A DNA stretch of 64,000 nucleotides from a virus: IMG/VR virus record IMGVR_UViG_3300008735_000003, positions 7,595 through 71,594 of that record. The stretch is one strand, 5' to 3'. Shown one piece after another: positions 19,379 through 28,331 of this stretch. How positions within the stretch are numbered: position 1 is the stretch's first letter; every line of letters begins with the position of its first letter. A program made the translations under genes and the position numbers. Under the pieces are notes generated by a model that did not search any database, had not been told where the DNA came from, and saw nothing but the letters and a program-made list of their open reading frames with translations.

Positions 19379-20302
19379 ATGGATAAATTTGCACAAGAAT
19401 ATAATTATAAGACGCATGCGAGACAGTTTTTGCAAAGTCTCGATGATGGCGATACTCATAAGGAAGCTTCGGAAACCTTTTCTAGGGTTATTAGAGCATT
19501 CGAAAGAGAGGATTCCTTTGCTGTAAAGATTTTACCAGCACAGGAAATTACCATCGATGAGTGTCAAATTTCCACAGAAACTCAGAATGAAGGATTTACC
19601 TACATCCTCTTTAGAGAGCCCGAGGGAGCTGCGCAATACTATACATGGCAGGGTACTGGAGATTCGGAATACATCTATGCTGAGAAGTTAGAAGTGCCTA
19701 TCTCTAAAGTCGGAACTAGAATCTTTCAAAAGACCGAAGATGAACTTCTATCTTATAAGGGGATTGGGTTGGTTGAAATGGTCGAGAAGAATGCAGCCAA
19801 AGAAATATCTAATATTCAGGACGACATTTTTCTAGGATTCGCACGTAATGCGGTAAAAAATAATGGACTCGATTTAGACTCGGCTGGAAAGGGATTAACT
19901 AGGGAAAATTTTATTGACCTTATTAATATGCCTCTTGCCGCTAAATTAAGGGGTAACATCGTGTTAATGACTGAAACCACTTGGAATAACTGGTTGAAGC
20001 AAGGGAACGATGTTTTTGGCGACCCGTTGTTGAGCGAGATCATAGTCAATGGTTATAAGCATCGCTCCATCCTCGGAGTCCCCGTTATTACGACCATCAA
20101 AAACGAACTTCTTCATGACAATGAAGTCTTTTCATTCCCCAAGCCTGAATTTTTAGGACGATTCTTGGTAATGGAAGATACGAAATATGTCGTCGAGAAG
20201 TTTAGAGGTCGCGTTTCATGGCACTGCACCAAAAAGTTTGGCTTAGTTTTTGCCAACACGAACGGCGTAGCCCGCTTAAAGCTTAATAACTTTAGCGACT
20301 AA
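19379..20302 (+). CDS. Major capsid protein (HK97 fold)
   Basis: 307 aa after protease, scaffolds and decoration gene; EISNIQDDIF spine helix, SILGVPVITT, C-terminal FGLVFANTNGVARL. Confidence 0.8.
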   Translation: MDKFAQEYNYKTHARQFLQSLDDGDTHKEASETFSRVIRAFEREDSFAVKILPAQEITIDECQISTETQNEGFTYILFREPEGAAQYYTWQGTGDSEYIYAEKLEVPISKVGTRIFQKTEDELLSYKGIGLVEMVEKNAAKEISNIQDDIFLGFARNAVKNNGLDLDSAGKGLTRENFIDLINMPLAAKLRGNIVLMTETTWNNWLKQGNDVFGDPLLSEIIVNGYKHRSILGVPVITTIKNELLHDNEVFSFPKPEFLGRFLVMEDTKYVVEKFRGRVSWHCTKKFGLVFANTNGVARLKLNNFSD

Positions 20303-20327
20303 CAACTAAAGAAGGAGACCTTTAGAT

Positions 20328-20756
20328 ATGTTGGAAATTAAAGAAGACAAGAAGTATGTCATAAAAAATCTGAGCGATGATAGTAGATATGCGGGCCACC
20401 CGCAACAACTTTGTTTAGACGGATCTCGCCCCCCGCTTTTACCAGGAAAGGAATTAATCATGAAGGGGCGCGATATAAACCATCATGTTATTGGCAGGGT
20501 ATCATCGAACTCAGGTTCGTGGATAACGATTGAGCCGTTAAAATTAACCTCTCCCCGCCCTAAAAAGACTGGAGCGGTAGTAGAAGCTCCAGAAGTTGTG
20601 GTTGAAGCCTTAGCGGTAGAAGCTCCAGAAGTTGTGGTTGAAGCCTTAGCGGTAGAAACGGAAGTTGTGGTTGAAGCCTTAGCGGTAGAAACGGAAGAGA
20701 TCGTAGTGGGGACGAAAAAAGAAAAGAAAAAGGGAAAAAAGGCGCCTAAAAAATAG
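20328..20756 (+). CDS. Post-capsid protein with V/E/A tandem repeats and Lys-rich tail
   Basis: AAGGAG SD; VEAPEVVVEALA repeats. Confidence 0.6.
   Translation: MLEIKEDKKYVIKNLSDDSRYAGHPQQLCLDGSRPPLLPGKELIMKGRDINHHVIGRVSSNSGSWITIEPLKLTSPRPKKTGAVVEAPEVVVEALAVEAPEVVVEALAVETEVVVEALAVETEEIVVGTKKEKKKGKKAPKK
20580..20697 (+). repeat. In-frame tandem repeat: 36 bp x2, 33 bp x1, plus a partial copy
   Basis: gtagaagctccagaagttgtggttgaagccttagcg at 20580 and 20616; variant copy at 20652; partial copy at 20685. Confidence 0.95.
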
Positions 20757-20764
20757 GATCAAAT

Positions 20765-21271
20765 ATGACCTACCCATCCCCAAGCGAACGAAGATACGAA
20801 GCGACTACAGCGGTCGGAAAACAATTCGTAACAGACCTTCGTATGTTCATGAGGGATACAGCTAAATTTAACGATCTACTAGATGAAGAAGAGGTTGGCG
20901 ATGATGTCCTAGTCCAAGCCACCATCATGATGATTAACGACTTTCAATCTACAACCCCATTGATTTTTTCTACATCAGATCTAGAGTTCATATTAAATAA
21001 TCACCTAGTCACAGCGGCATTACATATATCGGCCGCTCATGTCTTAATGATGAAGGCACAACAACAAGAAAGAAACTTCCTTCAGTATAGTGATGGAGGA
21101 AGAACTGAAACAATAAATGATAAAGCACAAACTTATAAAGAAACTATCCAAATTTTAAGAAATTTCGGTTATAATGTATTTAAAGAGTTCAAGCTGGCTT
21201 CCAACCTGGTAAGAGGATATGGAGGAAGCGGCGTGTTTTCAGATTATTTTTATTTAAATGATGGAATTTAA
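20765..21271 (+). CDS. Head-tail adaptor (neck) protein
   Basis: Helical 168 aa: LRMFMRD..EEVGDD..LQYSDGG; position after MCP. Confidence 0.55.
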   Translation: MTYPSPSERRYEATTAVGKQFVTDLRMFMRDTAKFNDLLDEEEVGDDVLVQATIMMINDFQSTTPLIFSTSDLEFILNNHLVTAALHISAAHVLMMKAQQQERNFLQYSDGGRTETINDKAQTYKETIQILRNFGYNVFKEFKLASNLVRGYGGSGVFSDYFYLNDGI

Positions 21272-21294
21272 AAAGTAAAACCGGAGGATTTAAT

Positions 21295-21696
21295 ATGGTT
21301 GATCAAGAAGCACTTATTAGAAGTTTAGCAGGTAAGCTAAGTGAGGAGCAGATTCACGATAGCGTAAAAGAAGCCGGGGAGCATGGAGATTCTATCGATG
21401 ATCTTACGGCGATCGAAAAGCTTGCCTATGTATTAGAAAACGAGAATTTGGATAAAATCGCATCGGATAATTCCGAAAGAGGTGTTGCTCGCATCGAAGC
21501 TATTCAGAAATTAGCTCAAGAAGCGGAGATGGAACAATTCATGATCGATCTCGCAGATCTGACTTCTGAGATGGTTCGAGTAAAGCAAGCACACGATGTT
21601 TTAGAGGCTGTTGAGGCGGAAGAGGCATATCAGGAAGAGTATGAAGAGAAAGAAGCATCCGATGGAATTGATGTCCTGGATCAAATTTTAGGGTAA
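21295..21696 (+). CDS. Acidic scaffold-like protein with KxA motifs
   Basis: GGAGG SD; 6 of its 7 Lys are in KxA and the seventh is in KLS; ends DVLDQILG. Confidence 0.6.
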   Translation: MVDQEALIRSLAGKLSEEQIHDSVKEAGEHGDSIDDLTAIEKLAYVLENENLDKIASDNSERGVARIEAIQKLAQEAEMEQFMIDLADLTSEMVRVKQAHDVLEAVEAEEAYQEEYEEKEASDGIDVLDQILG

Positions 21697-21699
21697 GTT

Positions 21700-22607
21700 A
21701 ATATGGCAAACGTATCCAGGCTACTTTTTATCGCGCTTAAACAAGCCGACGATAATCGTAAAGAGACCGAGACAATCCTAGAAAAAGCTAAACGAATGGG
21801 AGCTAAGGGAGTTCAGAAGGGGAAGGATGCCGCCAAGTATATAGCCGGAAAGTTTGTAACGCCCAAAAAACGAACCGTTAGTATGGGAGGACTAGGATTT
21901 GCGGAAGAAACTCCAGCAAAACTCACCCGACTAGGAAAAGGTTCTCTTATCGGTGGTGGTATTTTAGCCGCAGGAGCCGGAGGTCGTTACCTCTATAACC
22001 GAAATAAACAAGCCGACGATAATCGTAAAGAGACCGAGACAATCCTAGAAAAAGCTAAAAGAAAGAGCAGCAAGATGTACGAAAGTGCCAAGAATATTGG
22101 GTCTAAGGGGCTTAGAAAAGCGGATGAGTTAGGAAGGACATTGGTTACGAAAGAAATGTACCGTGGATCTCCAAGACGAAGACTGACTAAAAAAGGAAAG
22201 ATTCTTGGTGGATCTTTAGCCACTCTTGGGTTGGTTGGAACCGGTTATAAAATGAATAATAGGGGTAAATAAAGGAGAATAATATGGCAAACGTATCCAG
22301 GCTACTTTTTATCGCGCTTAAACAAGCCGACGATAATCGTAAAAAGACCGAGACAATCCTAGAAAAAGCTAAAAGAAAGAGTAGCGAGATGTACGAAAGT
22401 GCCAAGAATATTGGGTCTAAGGCTATAAGAGCCACCAAAAATAAAGCTTCGGACATCGGAAGTAAATTCGTAACTAAAAGCCCGAATACCGGCGGACTAT
22501 TAGGAAAGCAAAAAAGGAGTCTTACTAGCTTAGGAAAGGGCTCTCTTATAGGTGGCGGTATTTTAGCCGCAGGAGCCGGAGGTCGTTACCTCTATAACCG
22601 AAATAAA
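21700..22607 (+). repeat. Nested near-identical direct repeats across two adjacent genes
   Basis: Approx. 21700-21792 matches 22281-22373; 22007-22108 matches 22320-22421; 21932-22008 matches 22531-22607. Confidence 0.9.
21703..22272 (+). CDS. Basic Gly-rich protein with two internal units, each following KQA
   Basis: Leader-KQA-unit1-KQA-unit2; each unit ends in a Gly-rich hydrophobic segment. Confidence 0.7.
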   Translation: MANVSRLLFIALKQADDNRKETETILEKAKRMGAKGVQKGKDAAKYIAGKFVTPKKRTVSMGGLGFAEETPAKLTRLGKGSLIGGGILAAGAGGRYLYNRNKQADDNRKETETILEKAKRKSSKMYESAKNIGSKGLRKADELGRTLVTKEMYRGSPRRRLTKKGKILGGSLATLGLVGTGYKMNNRGK

Positions 22608-22610
22608 TAA
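22284..22610 (+). CDS. Single-unit paralog of 21703..22272
   Basis: Identical leader MANVSRLLFIALKQADDNRK and identical end GKGSLIGGGILAAGAGGRYLYNRNK; AAGGAG SD. Confidence 0.75.
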   Translation: MANVSRLLFIALKQADDNRKKTETILEKAKRKSSEMYESAKNIGSKAIRATKNKASDIGSKFVTKSPNTGGLLGKQKRSLTSLGKGSLIGGGILAAGAGGRYLYNRNK

Positions 22611-22642
22611 TACTCACATATTCACCCGAATGGGGCGTAGCG

Positions 22643-23089
22643 ATGAATAAAAATACTAATAAATTGCTACGTCTTTTTTGTTCTCCAGGATACGAGAAAA
22701 TTGCCATTAGTGTTATGGGGAGCAAGTCTCTTTTAAGAGGTGCCCATATACCCAAACCAAAAATAACCCCAACCGCCCCACCTGGCTCGCAGGTTATGAG
22801 CGGAGGCTCGATAAGAAATGAAGCTAAAAATGTGAGAAGATTCGATCCATCTCTTGGCTTTTTCGGGCGTCTAAGAGAAGCAGTCCCAACAAAATATAAG
22901 ATGCTTGGATTGGGCGCAGCTTCCCTGGCTGGTGGAGCGATCGGAACGACAGCCCTAATGTCTGGAGGGAGGCAAGCATCGATAGCCGACCCCAATACTT
23001 CTATGATTAGGCGAGGCCTCAAACTCAATACTGGTTATTTTAGACCGCAGGACTTAAAAGTTTACCAAAATAATGGGGTTGCCTATTAA
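22643..23089 (+). CDS. Basic Gly-rich protein with leader-EKIA and hydrophobic GxxxG segment
   Basis: MNKNTNKLLRLF..YEKIA; MLGLGAASLAGGAIGTTAL. Confidence 0.6.
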   Translation: MNKNTNKLLRLFCSPGYEKIAISVMGSKSLLRGAHIPKPKITPTAPPGSQVMSGGSIRNEAKNVRRFDPSLGFFGRLREAVPTKYKMLGLGAASLAGGAIGTTALMSGGRQASIADPNTSMIRRGLKLNTGYFRPQDLKVYQNNGVAY

Positions 23090-23874
23090 TGGAAATAACT
23101 TCGATAAATATAGATCCATTCGATAAAAGGGACTACATAATACAGTGGGAATATTCCAACGCTAAGAATAGGCCTACGTCAGATTTCGATCTATTTATTT
23201 ACCGATCAACCATAAAAGATCAAGACGATAAGTATTCGAAATTATCTGGAAAGTTATCTCTATCCACGCCGATTTATAAAGATAAAAAAACATCTAAGCT
23301 AGACATATGGAAAGATGTCTACTATAAAATCGAATTAGTAGATAAAGTAAACGGTGGAAGCTATTTTTTTGGTCCCCAAGGATTAGGACAAGAACCTTCT
23401 TCTCAGGATAGGCTAATAATAAAACATAAGAGGAGGAAGCTTTTTAAGACCGGACGTAGCGTTTTAATTTTTAAAAACCCTAGGGATGGATTGAGGTGCG
23501 AGTGCTATAATCCGATACTGCAAAAAATAGAGAAACCCAACTGTTCCGTTTGCGGGGGAACTGGATTTGTTAAGGGATTCGACGGTTATGTTTATACGAA
23601 ATTCTTTTTCCCTCCGGAGGCTATGCAAGAACCAAACAAATATGGAGATGAACAGCCAGTTATAAAGAATTTTATTACATCGGATTTCCCCCACATAAGG
23701 TCGGGAGATATGATCGTTGATACGGAAAATAGAAGGTTCATAGTATCGGTGGTACAATCTGTCAATCCTAGAGGGGTTCTCATAGGTCAAAATATAAGCG
23801 CTTTGCGTGTTAAATCGACCGACGTTATAATGGGTATACCGGTTCCGGATGACTTTAAAAAACTAGGCGCATAA
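23089..23874 (+). CDS. Head closure/stopper-type neck protein with Cys cluster
   Basis: RCEC..CSVCGGTGF and P.IRSGDMIVD..RRFIV motifs like neck proteins of large myoviruses; FN3-like N-terminus. Confidence 0.55.
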   Translation: MEITSINIDPFDKRDYIIQWEYSNAKNRPTSDFDLFIYRSTIKDQDDKYSKLSGKLSLSTPIYKDKKTSKLDIWKDVYYKIELVDKVNGGSYFFGPQGLGQEPSSQDRLIIKHKRRKLFKTGRSVLIFKNPRDGLRCECYNPILQKIEKPNCSVCGGTGFVKGFDGYVYTKFFFPPEAMQEPNKYGDEQPVIKNFITSDFPHIRSGDMIVDTENRRFIVSVVQSVNPRGVLIGQNISALRVKSTDVIMGIPVPDDFKKLGA

Positions 23875-23875
23875 C

Positions 23876-24646
23876 ATGGCTTCCAAATATACCGAAAGAT
23901 TAATGCAAGAATACAAACTCCAAAAAAAGTTTGCCATGGAAAAAACTGCTTTTAATCCAATGCTTCTGAGAGGCGGTTTGGCCAAGGCGTTGTGGGGTGG
24001 AATTAGAAGCCTATCGCAAAGCGGGGCAAAAAGTCTAAAAGATGTGGGAAAAGAAATAGCCGGTGGGACAAAATTAATGCTAAGCCCAAAGTCTCTTTAC
24101 CACAATACAAAAGAATCAATAAAAAATCCCATAGGATCTTTTACAGCAACATTTGGGCATAAAAATAGATTCTCTAAAGATTTCTTAGGCAAGCTAGAAA
24201 AGGTGGATCATAAGCTTACATCGGATTGGGCTGGCGGGGCGAAAAAGAATTTAAAAACTATCGGGGAAATGGGATGGCTTGGAAAAGGGCTAACTTTAGG
24301 ACTAGGCGCTCCTTTGGCGTATGGTGCCGTAACATCTCCATATGAAAGGTTTAAAGAATGGAAGCGCGGGGATATAGGCGCGCTTGGAGCTATAGGGGGG
24401 GTGGCTGGAGACATAGGTAGCGTGGCTATAGGCGGCCCCATGATGCAGGCTATGACGTTGGGGACGGCAATCCCCATGGCGTCTCACGCCGCCGGAGCGA
24501 TCGGAGACGATTTAACCGGTTTTAAACCGAAAAAAACAGTAGAACCGTATATAGCAAATAGGAGCTCAACACTAACGAATCAAATTAAACCGTATATACC
24601 CAATGCAGATGCGGCTTTGGGGCAACCGGCCAAACAACATATATAA
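23876..24646 (+). CDS. Gly-rich amphipathic protein with leader-EKTA (possible ejection protein)
   Basis: EKTA at about residue 25, then LLRGGLAKALWGG, GLTLGLGAPLAYG and ALGAIGGVAG. Confidence 0.5.
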   Translation: MASKYTERLMQEYKLQKKFAMEKTAFNPMLLRGGLAKALWGGIRSLSQSGAKSLKDVGKEIAGGTKLMLSPKSLYHNTKESIKNPIGSFTATFGHKNRFSKDFLGKLEKVDHKLTSDWAGGAKKNLKTIGEMGWLGKGLTLGLGAPLAYGAVTSPYERFKEWKRGDIGALGAIGGVAGDIGSVAIGGPMMQAMTLGTAIPMASHAAGAIGDDLTGFKPKKTVEPYIANRSSTLTNQIKPYIPNADAALGQPAKQHI

Positions 24647-24666
24647 AGATGTAAATAGAACTTCTT

Positions 24667-24675
24667 TGTTATCAT
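24667..24675 (+). promoter_or_regulatory. Extended -10 element 6 nt upstream of ATG (leaderless)
   Basis: TGtTATCAT-agaagt-ATG 24682; no SD. Confidence 0.55.
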
Positions 24676-24681
24676 AGAAGT

Positions 24682-25299
24682 ATGAGTAATAAAATGGGTT
24701 CTATAAATAACATCACAAAGATCCGCGAGCGTATTTTAGGCTCTTTGATGGAGTTTTTTTCCAATAGGGACGACTACGTTTTTTCTTCAAACGAGTCTAA
24801 GTTGGATGGGCAAATATATATTTATGATGAATATGCTGACAATATAGAAAGCCCAGATACATACCCACGCCTTTGTCTAATAAGGAATGGGTCTAGGTAC
24901 GAAAATATTAGCGGATTTAACGATACTCATATTGGGCACGAACATATGAATTTAGAATACCAAAGGTCTGACGTATTAAACCATAATTTTACCCTTTCTA
25001 TCAAGGCAGTTCAGTTCCATCCTTGTGAGGAAATAGCTTACCTAGCTTCTGCGTTTATACGTTTTTTTTCGAAAGAGATAGCTGCCGGAGATAAAGATAG
25101 GCTTTTATATAACGTTTCGCATAATTCGCTTTCTAACGTTTTTAAAGTTGGGTCTGAGGGTGAGAAGAGATCGGTATTTCAATGCGATATACATTTTACG
25201 GTTGAAGATAATGAAATAATGAAATTTGAAGAGGCCGATAATGGGAAGTCATTTCAAGGAATAGACTTTACATTTAATATCGAAGAGGCCAACTGTTAA
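24682..25299 (+). CDS. Tail terminator/completion protein
   Basis: Directly upstream of the sheath; YPRLCLIR..NFTLSIKA..EEIAYL pattern. Confidence 0.55.
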   Translation: MSNKMGSINNITKIRERILGSLMEFFSNRDDYVFSSNESKLDGQIYIYDEYADNIESPDTYPRLCLIRNGSRYENISGFNDTHIGHEHMNLEYQRSDVLNHNFTLSIKAVQFHPCEEIAYLASAFIRFFSKEIAAGDKDRLLYNVSHNSLSNVFKVGSEGEKRSVFQCDIHFTVEDNEIMKFEEADNGKSFQGIDFTFNIEEANC

Positions 25300-25313
25300 A
25301 AAAGGATGTAGAT

Positions 25314-27524
25314 ATGGCGATAGGAAATAGACCAGTTGAAATAACTCAGATTTATGAGCCCAGAGGGACCTCCTTCATAACGCCAAGATTAGTACCGGTT
25401 GCTATTGGAGTCTTAAAGCAAAAGATCAAGAAAGCTCTTATGGGGTCATACGATGGCGGGGGCGTTTCGGATAGCGATACAGATCTGCCGTTTCCATCTA
25501 TCCTAAAGGCTGGAGCTCAAGTTGAATCTAGCTCAGTAAAGGTATATATCGATACGAAGCTTAAAGGACATATTTTAATCGAGGATACAAATTACGATGT
25601 TACTGAGGAAGGTTTGACTCTATACCCAGATATTGAGGTTGAGTATAACCTAATAGATGACGGCTCCGGAACTGCCAAAATATATAAAACCGGGACTCAA
25701 ATAATTTTAGAAGACACCAAGACCTCATTCATCGCTTCCCATATTTATGGAAATGCGAGTAAAGGAGATAAGGCCACCATATTAGGCTATGATGGAGTAC
25801 ATACCGTCAAGACGATAATTTCTGCCAATAAAGTAGAACTCGCCTTAGCTGTGGGAAGTACGCTTGAAACAGCCTTTACCGATAGGCCAGATAGAATTTT
25901 TACGTCTATGAAATACGATATCGATAGAACCGTAACGGTGGGGGATACGACCAACCTACTTCCCTCTGGAGACATTTATATATCCTTGGACGCCATAAGA
26001 ACAGATAAGGCTGGGGCTGTGCAGTATATAAGAACTAAAGACGATCTAGATGATCTCGGGCCGTTTTCTCCAGATAATGAGGTCGGATTCGCTTCGCATA
26101 TTTTTAACCAAAGTAAGGACGCCGTAACAGCCTACGTTACTTTAACCGAGCATAGTGCGGATGAACATAATGCAGCTTTGGAATTACTTAAGACCGAAGA
26201 GGTTTATTACTTGAATCCGCTGACCATGGATAACTCCATCATAAACCTATACATCGGTCATGTCAACGCTATGTCTTTACCCGCAGAAATGAAGGAAAGG
26301 GTCGTTTATTTTTCCAGGATTTTGGAAAATAATGCAGTCCGAGCCCTAGATGATGTTGGTGATATAACTATAACTAGCGGAACTTTCTTTTTAGAAAATA
26401 CCATAGGAAATTTTCAAAGTAACGGGGTCCTTCCCGGAGATATAGTAGAATTTACGGATAATGTTGGTAGTCAAGATACATCTGGAAAATATACTGTCAC
26501 AAATGTTATTAGCGAAACAAAACTGGAATTATTTGAAAGCGTTAGAAATACGCAGGTGACTGGAACTGATGGTAAAATAGATCGGAATGGGTTTACATTA
26601 ACCACTTCGCAAAATTTAGCGGGAGTAACAACGTCTTCGGATGTAGAGATAACGTCTGGAGATGATCCCGGAATATATAGCATTTCTGTGGTAAATTCTA
26701 GTGCTGGCACCATTACCATAGGAAATCCACCTACTGAAGGATTTAAAAGTATGACCGCTGGAAGCTTTACTATTTTCAAAGCGGCAACTTCAACAGGTGG
26801 GAACGACATCACATACGATATTACATCCTCCGATTTTACGCGGCAGGAACAAGCAGAATATATGAAGGGGTTGGGCGAGTCTTACGGGAATCAAAGAGCC
26901 AGGATGATTTTTTCTGATAGCTGGCAGTTTGATGCTCCCGATTTAGACGACGATGGAAAAGCCATTACAAGTACATTCACTGTCGGAGGAGAATTTGGAG
27001 CGTCTACGATCATAGCTATGAGATTCGCTAGAGGGCCGCAAGTTCCCATGACTGGAGAACTTATCCGGCATGCTAGAACGGTATTTAGCTCTAGTCAAAT
27101 ATTTACTATGCCGCAACTTCAAATTATACAGAGCGGCGGAGTAATAGTAGTTTTTCCCGATGAAAATTCTACTGTTCCGAGAATAATGCAGCTTTTAACT
27201 ACGGACGTTTCTGACGTCACAAAGCAAGAGGTTACAATTATAGAAGCGGTTGATTTTTTCGCAAAATATGTGCGTTCAAACGTTAGGAAATTTATGGGGA
27301 TAAATAATATAACTCCCCAAGTCCTTAACGTGGCGCACATGAAGATGGACGCCCTTACGAAACAGGTTTTGGAAGACCACGACGGTTGTGGGCCGCTATT
27401 TGGCCCAAAGACCGAACTTTTATCGTTAAAGGCTGCCACTGAATGTCCCGATACTGTAGAAGCCGAATGGGATATTGACCCATTATTTCCTTGGAATAAA
27501 ACCAAGATTAAATTTTATGTTTAA
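25314..27524 (+). CDS. Tail sheath protein
   Basis: N-terminal VEITQ..VAIG; C-terminal sheath core (ALELL, ER, PMTG, LQIIQSGGVIVV, QLLTT..QEVTIIEAVDF, FMGINNIT, PLFPWNK) with beta insertion domains. Confidence 0.85.
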   Translation: MAIGNRPVEITQIYEPRGTSFITPRLVPVAIGVLKQKIKKALMGSYDGGGVSDSDTDLPFPSILKAGAQVESSSVKVYIDTKLKGHILIEDTNYDVTEEGLTLYPDIEVEYNLIDDGSGTAKIYKTGTQIILEDTKTSFIASHIYGNASKGDKATILGYDGVHTVKTIISANKVELALAVGSTLETAFTDRPDRIFTSMKYDIDRTVTVGDTTNLLPSGDIYISLDAIRTDKAGAVQYIRTKDDLDDLGPFSPDNEVGFASHIFNQSKDAVTAYVTLTEHSADEHNAALELLKTEEVYYLNPLTMDNSIINLYIGHVNAMSLPAEMKERVVYFSRILENNAVRALDDVGDITITSGTFFLENTIGNFQSNGVLPGDIVEFTDNVGSQDTSGKYTVTNVISETKLELFESVRNTQVTGTDGKIDRNGFTLTTSQNLAGVTTSSDVEITSGDDPGIYSISVVNSSAGTITIGNPPTEGFKSMTAGSFTIFKAATSTGGNDITYDITSSDFTRQEQAEYMKGLGESYGNQRARMIFSDSWQFDAPDLDDDGKAITSTFTVGGEFGASTIIAMRFARGPQVPMTGELIRHARTVFSSSQIFTMPQLQIIQSGGVIVVFPDENSTVPRIMQLLTTDVSDVTKQEVTIIEAVDFFAKYVRSNVRKFMGINNITPQVLNVAHMKMDALTKQVLEDHDGCGPLFGPKTELLSLKAATECPDTVEAEWDIDPLFPWNKTKIKFYV

Positions 27525-27534
27525 GAGGTAGAAT

Positions 27535-28311
27535 ATGAGAAACTTACAAGGTTGGGATTTTAATAATAAACACGTTCAAAATGACGTTGTTCCGGGCAAA
27601 TTTGTATCCGGCAAAACCGTTCTTATCGCGTTCGGCCCACCTCGTTTTAGTATGACGGTTGGCGGAGATAACTCGGCTGCTGCGACTGGGAATGAGGTCG
27701 ATCTAGAATTTGATTTTTTTAGTGGGATAGATAACGAAAAATCGCTGATACGTAGCGGAGCCATCGATCACTTCTCCCCCGTCCCTGTGGGCCTAGTTCA
27801 AAATATAAGTCTTTCGCAAGGAAGGAACGTGGCAAAGATATACGAGCTTGGTTCTGAACGATCCTATCAAATCCCCGAGAGATCGGAACCATCCTTCTCC
27901 TTTTCCAAGATATTGTATAGCGGCCCATCCCTATTAAAATTTTCCCATGTTTACTATCTTAAAAGGCAGGCGACGGGAATTCATGATGTCGAACTAGAAA
28001 AAATAAAAAATGTTATGAAGGCCGCAGATATTGATGATGTAAAAGATATAGAAAATGCTATAAAAAGTCAGGCCGGGTCTCCCGGATACGGAGACTTCTT
28101 TATCAATTTAGCATCGGAATTATTTCAATTCCCCATAGGTATAATGTTGATGTTTAAGAATAACTCTGGTAAAATATACGGAGCGATGTACTTAGAGGAT
28201 GCATACATATCTAGCGTTGACTTTAGGGTGGATACCGCATCTACCATTATCGGAGAGAGCTGCGGAGTCTCTTTCGATAATATCCTTCCGTTAAATGTTG
28301 TTCCTCGTTAA
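27535..28311 (+). CDS. Tail tube protein
   Basis: Follows the sheath; PVGLVQNISLSQ.R..KIYELGS and YLEDAYISS..I.ESC.VSF. Confidence 0.8.
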   Translation: MRNLQGWDFNNKHVQNDVVPGKFVSGKTVLIAFGPPRFSMTVGGDNSAAATGNEVDLEFDFFSGIDNEKSLIRSGAIDHFSPVPVGLVQNISLSQGRNVAKIYELGSERSYQIPERSEPSFSFSKILYSGPSLLKFSHVYYLKRQATGIHDVELEKIKNVMKAADIDDVKDIENAIKSQAGSPGYGDFFINLASELFQFPIGIMLMFKNNSGKIYGAMYLEDAYISSVDFRVDTASTIIGESCGVSFDNILPLNVVPR

Positions 28312-28331
28312 TTTTAAAATGAGGAGAGCAT

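Noticed and set aside
20580-20697. 36-bp repeats as a CRISPR array
   Set aside because: The units are contiguous with no spacers, are in frame inside a CDS, and no cas genes are present.
23089-23874. DnaJ-type chaperone suggested by CSVCGGTG
   Set aside because: Only one such motif and no HPD J-domain; position and other motifs fit a neck protein.
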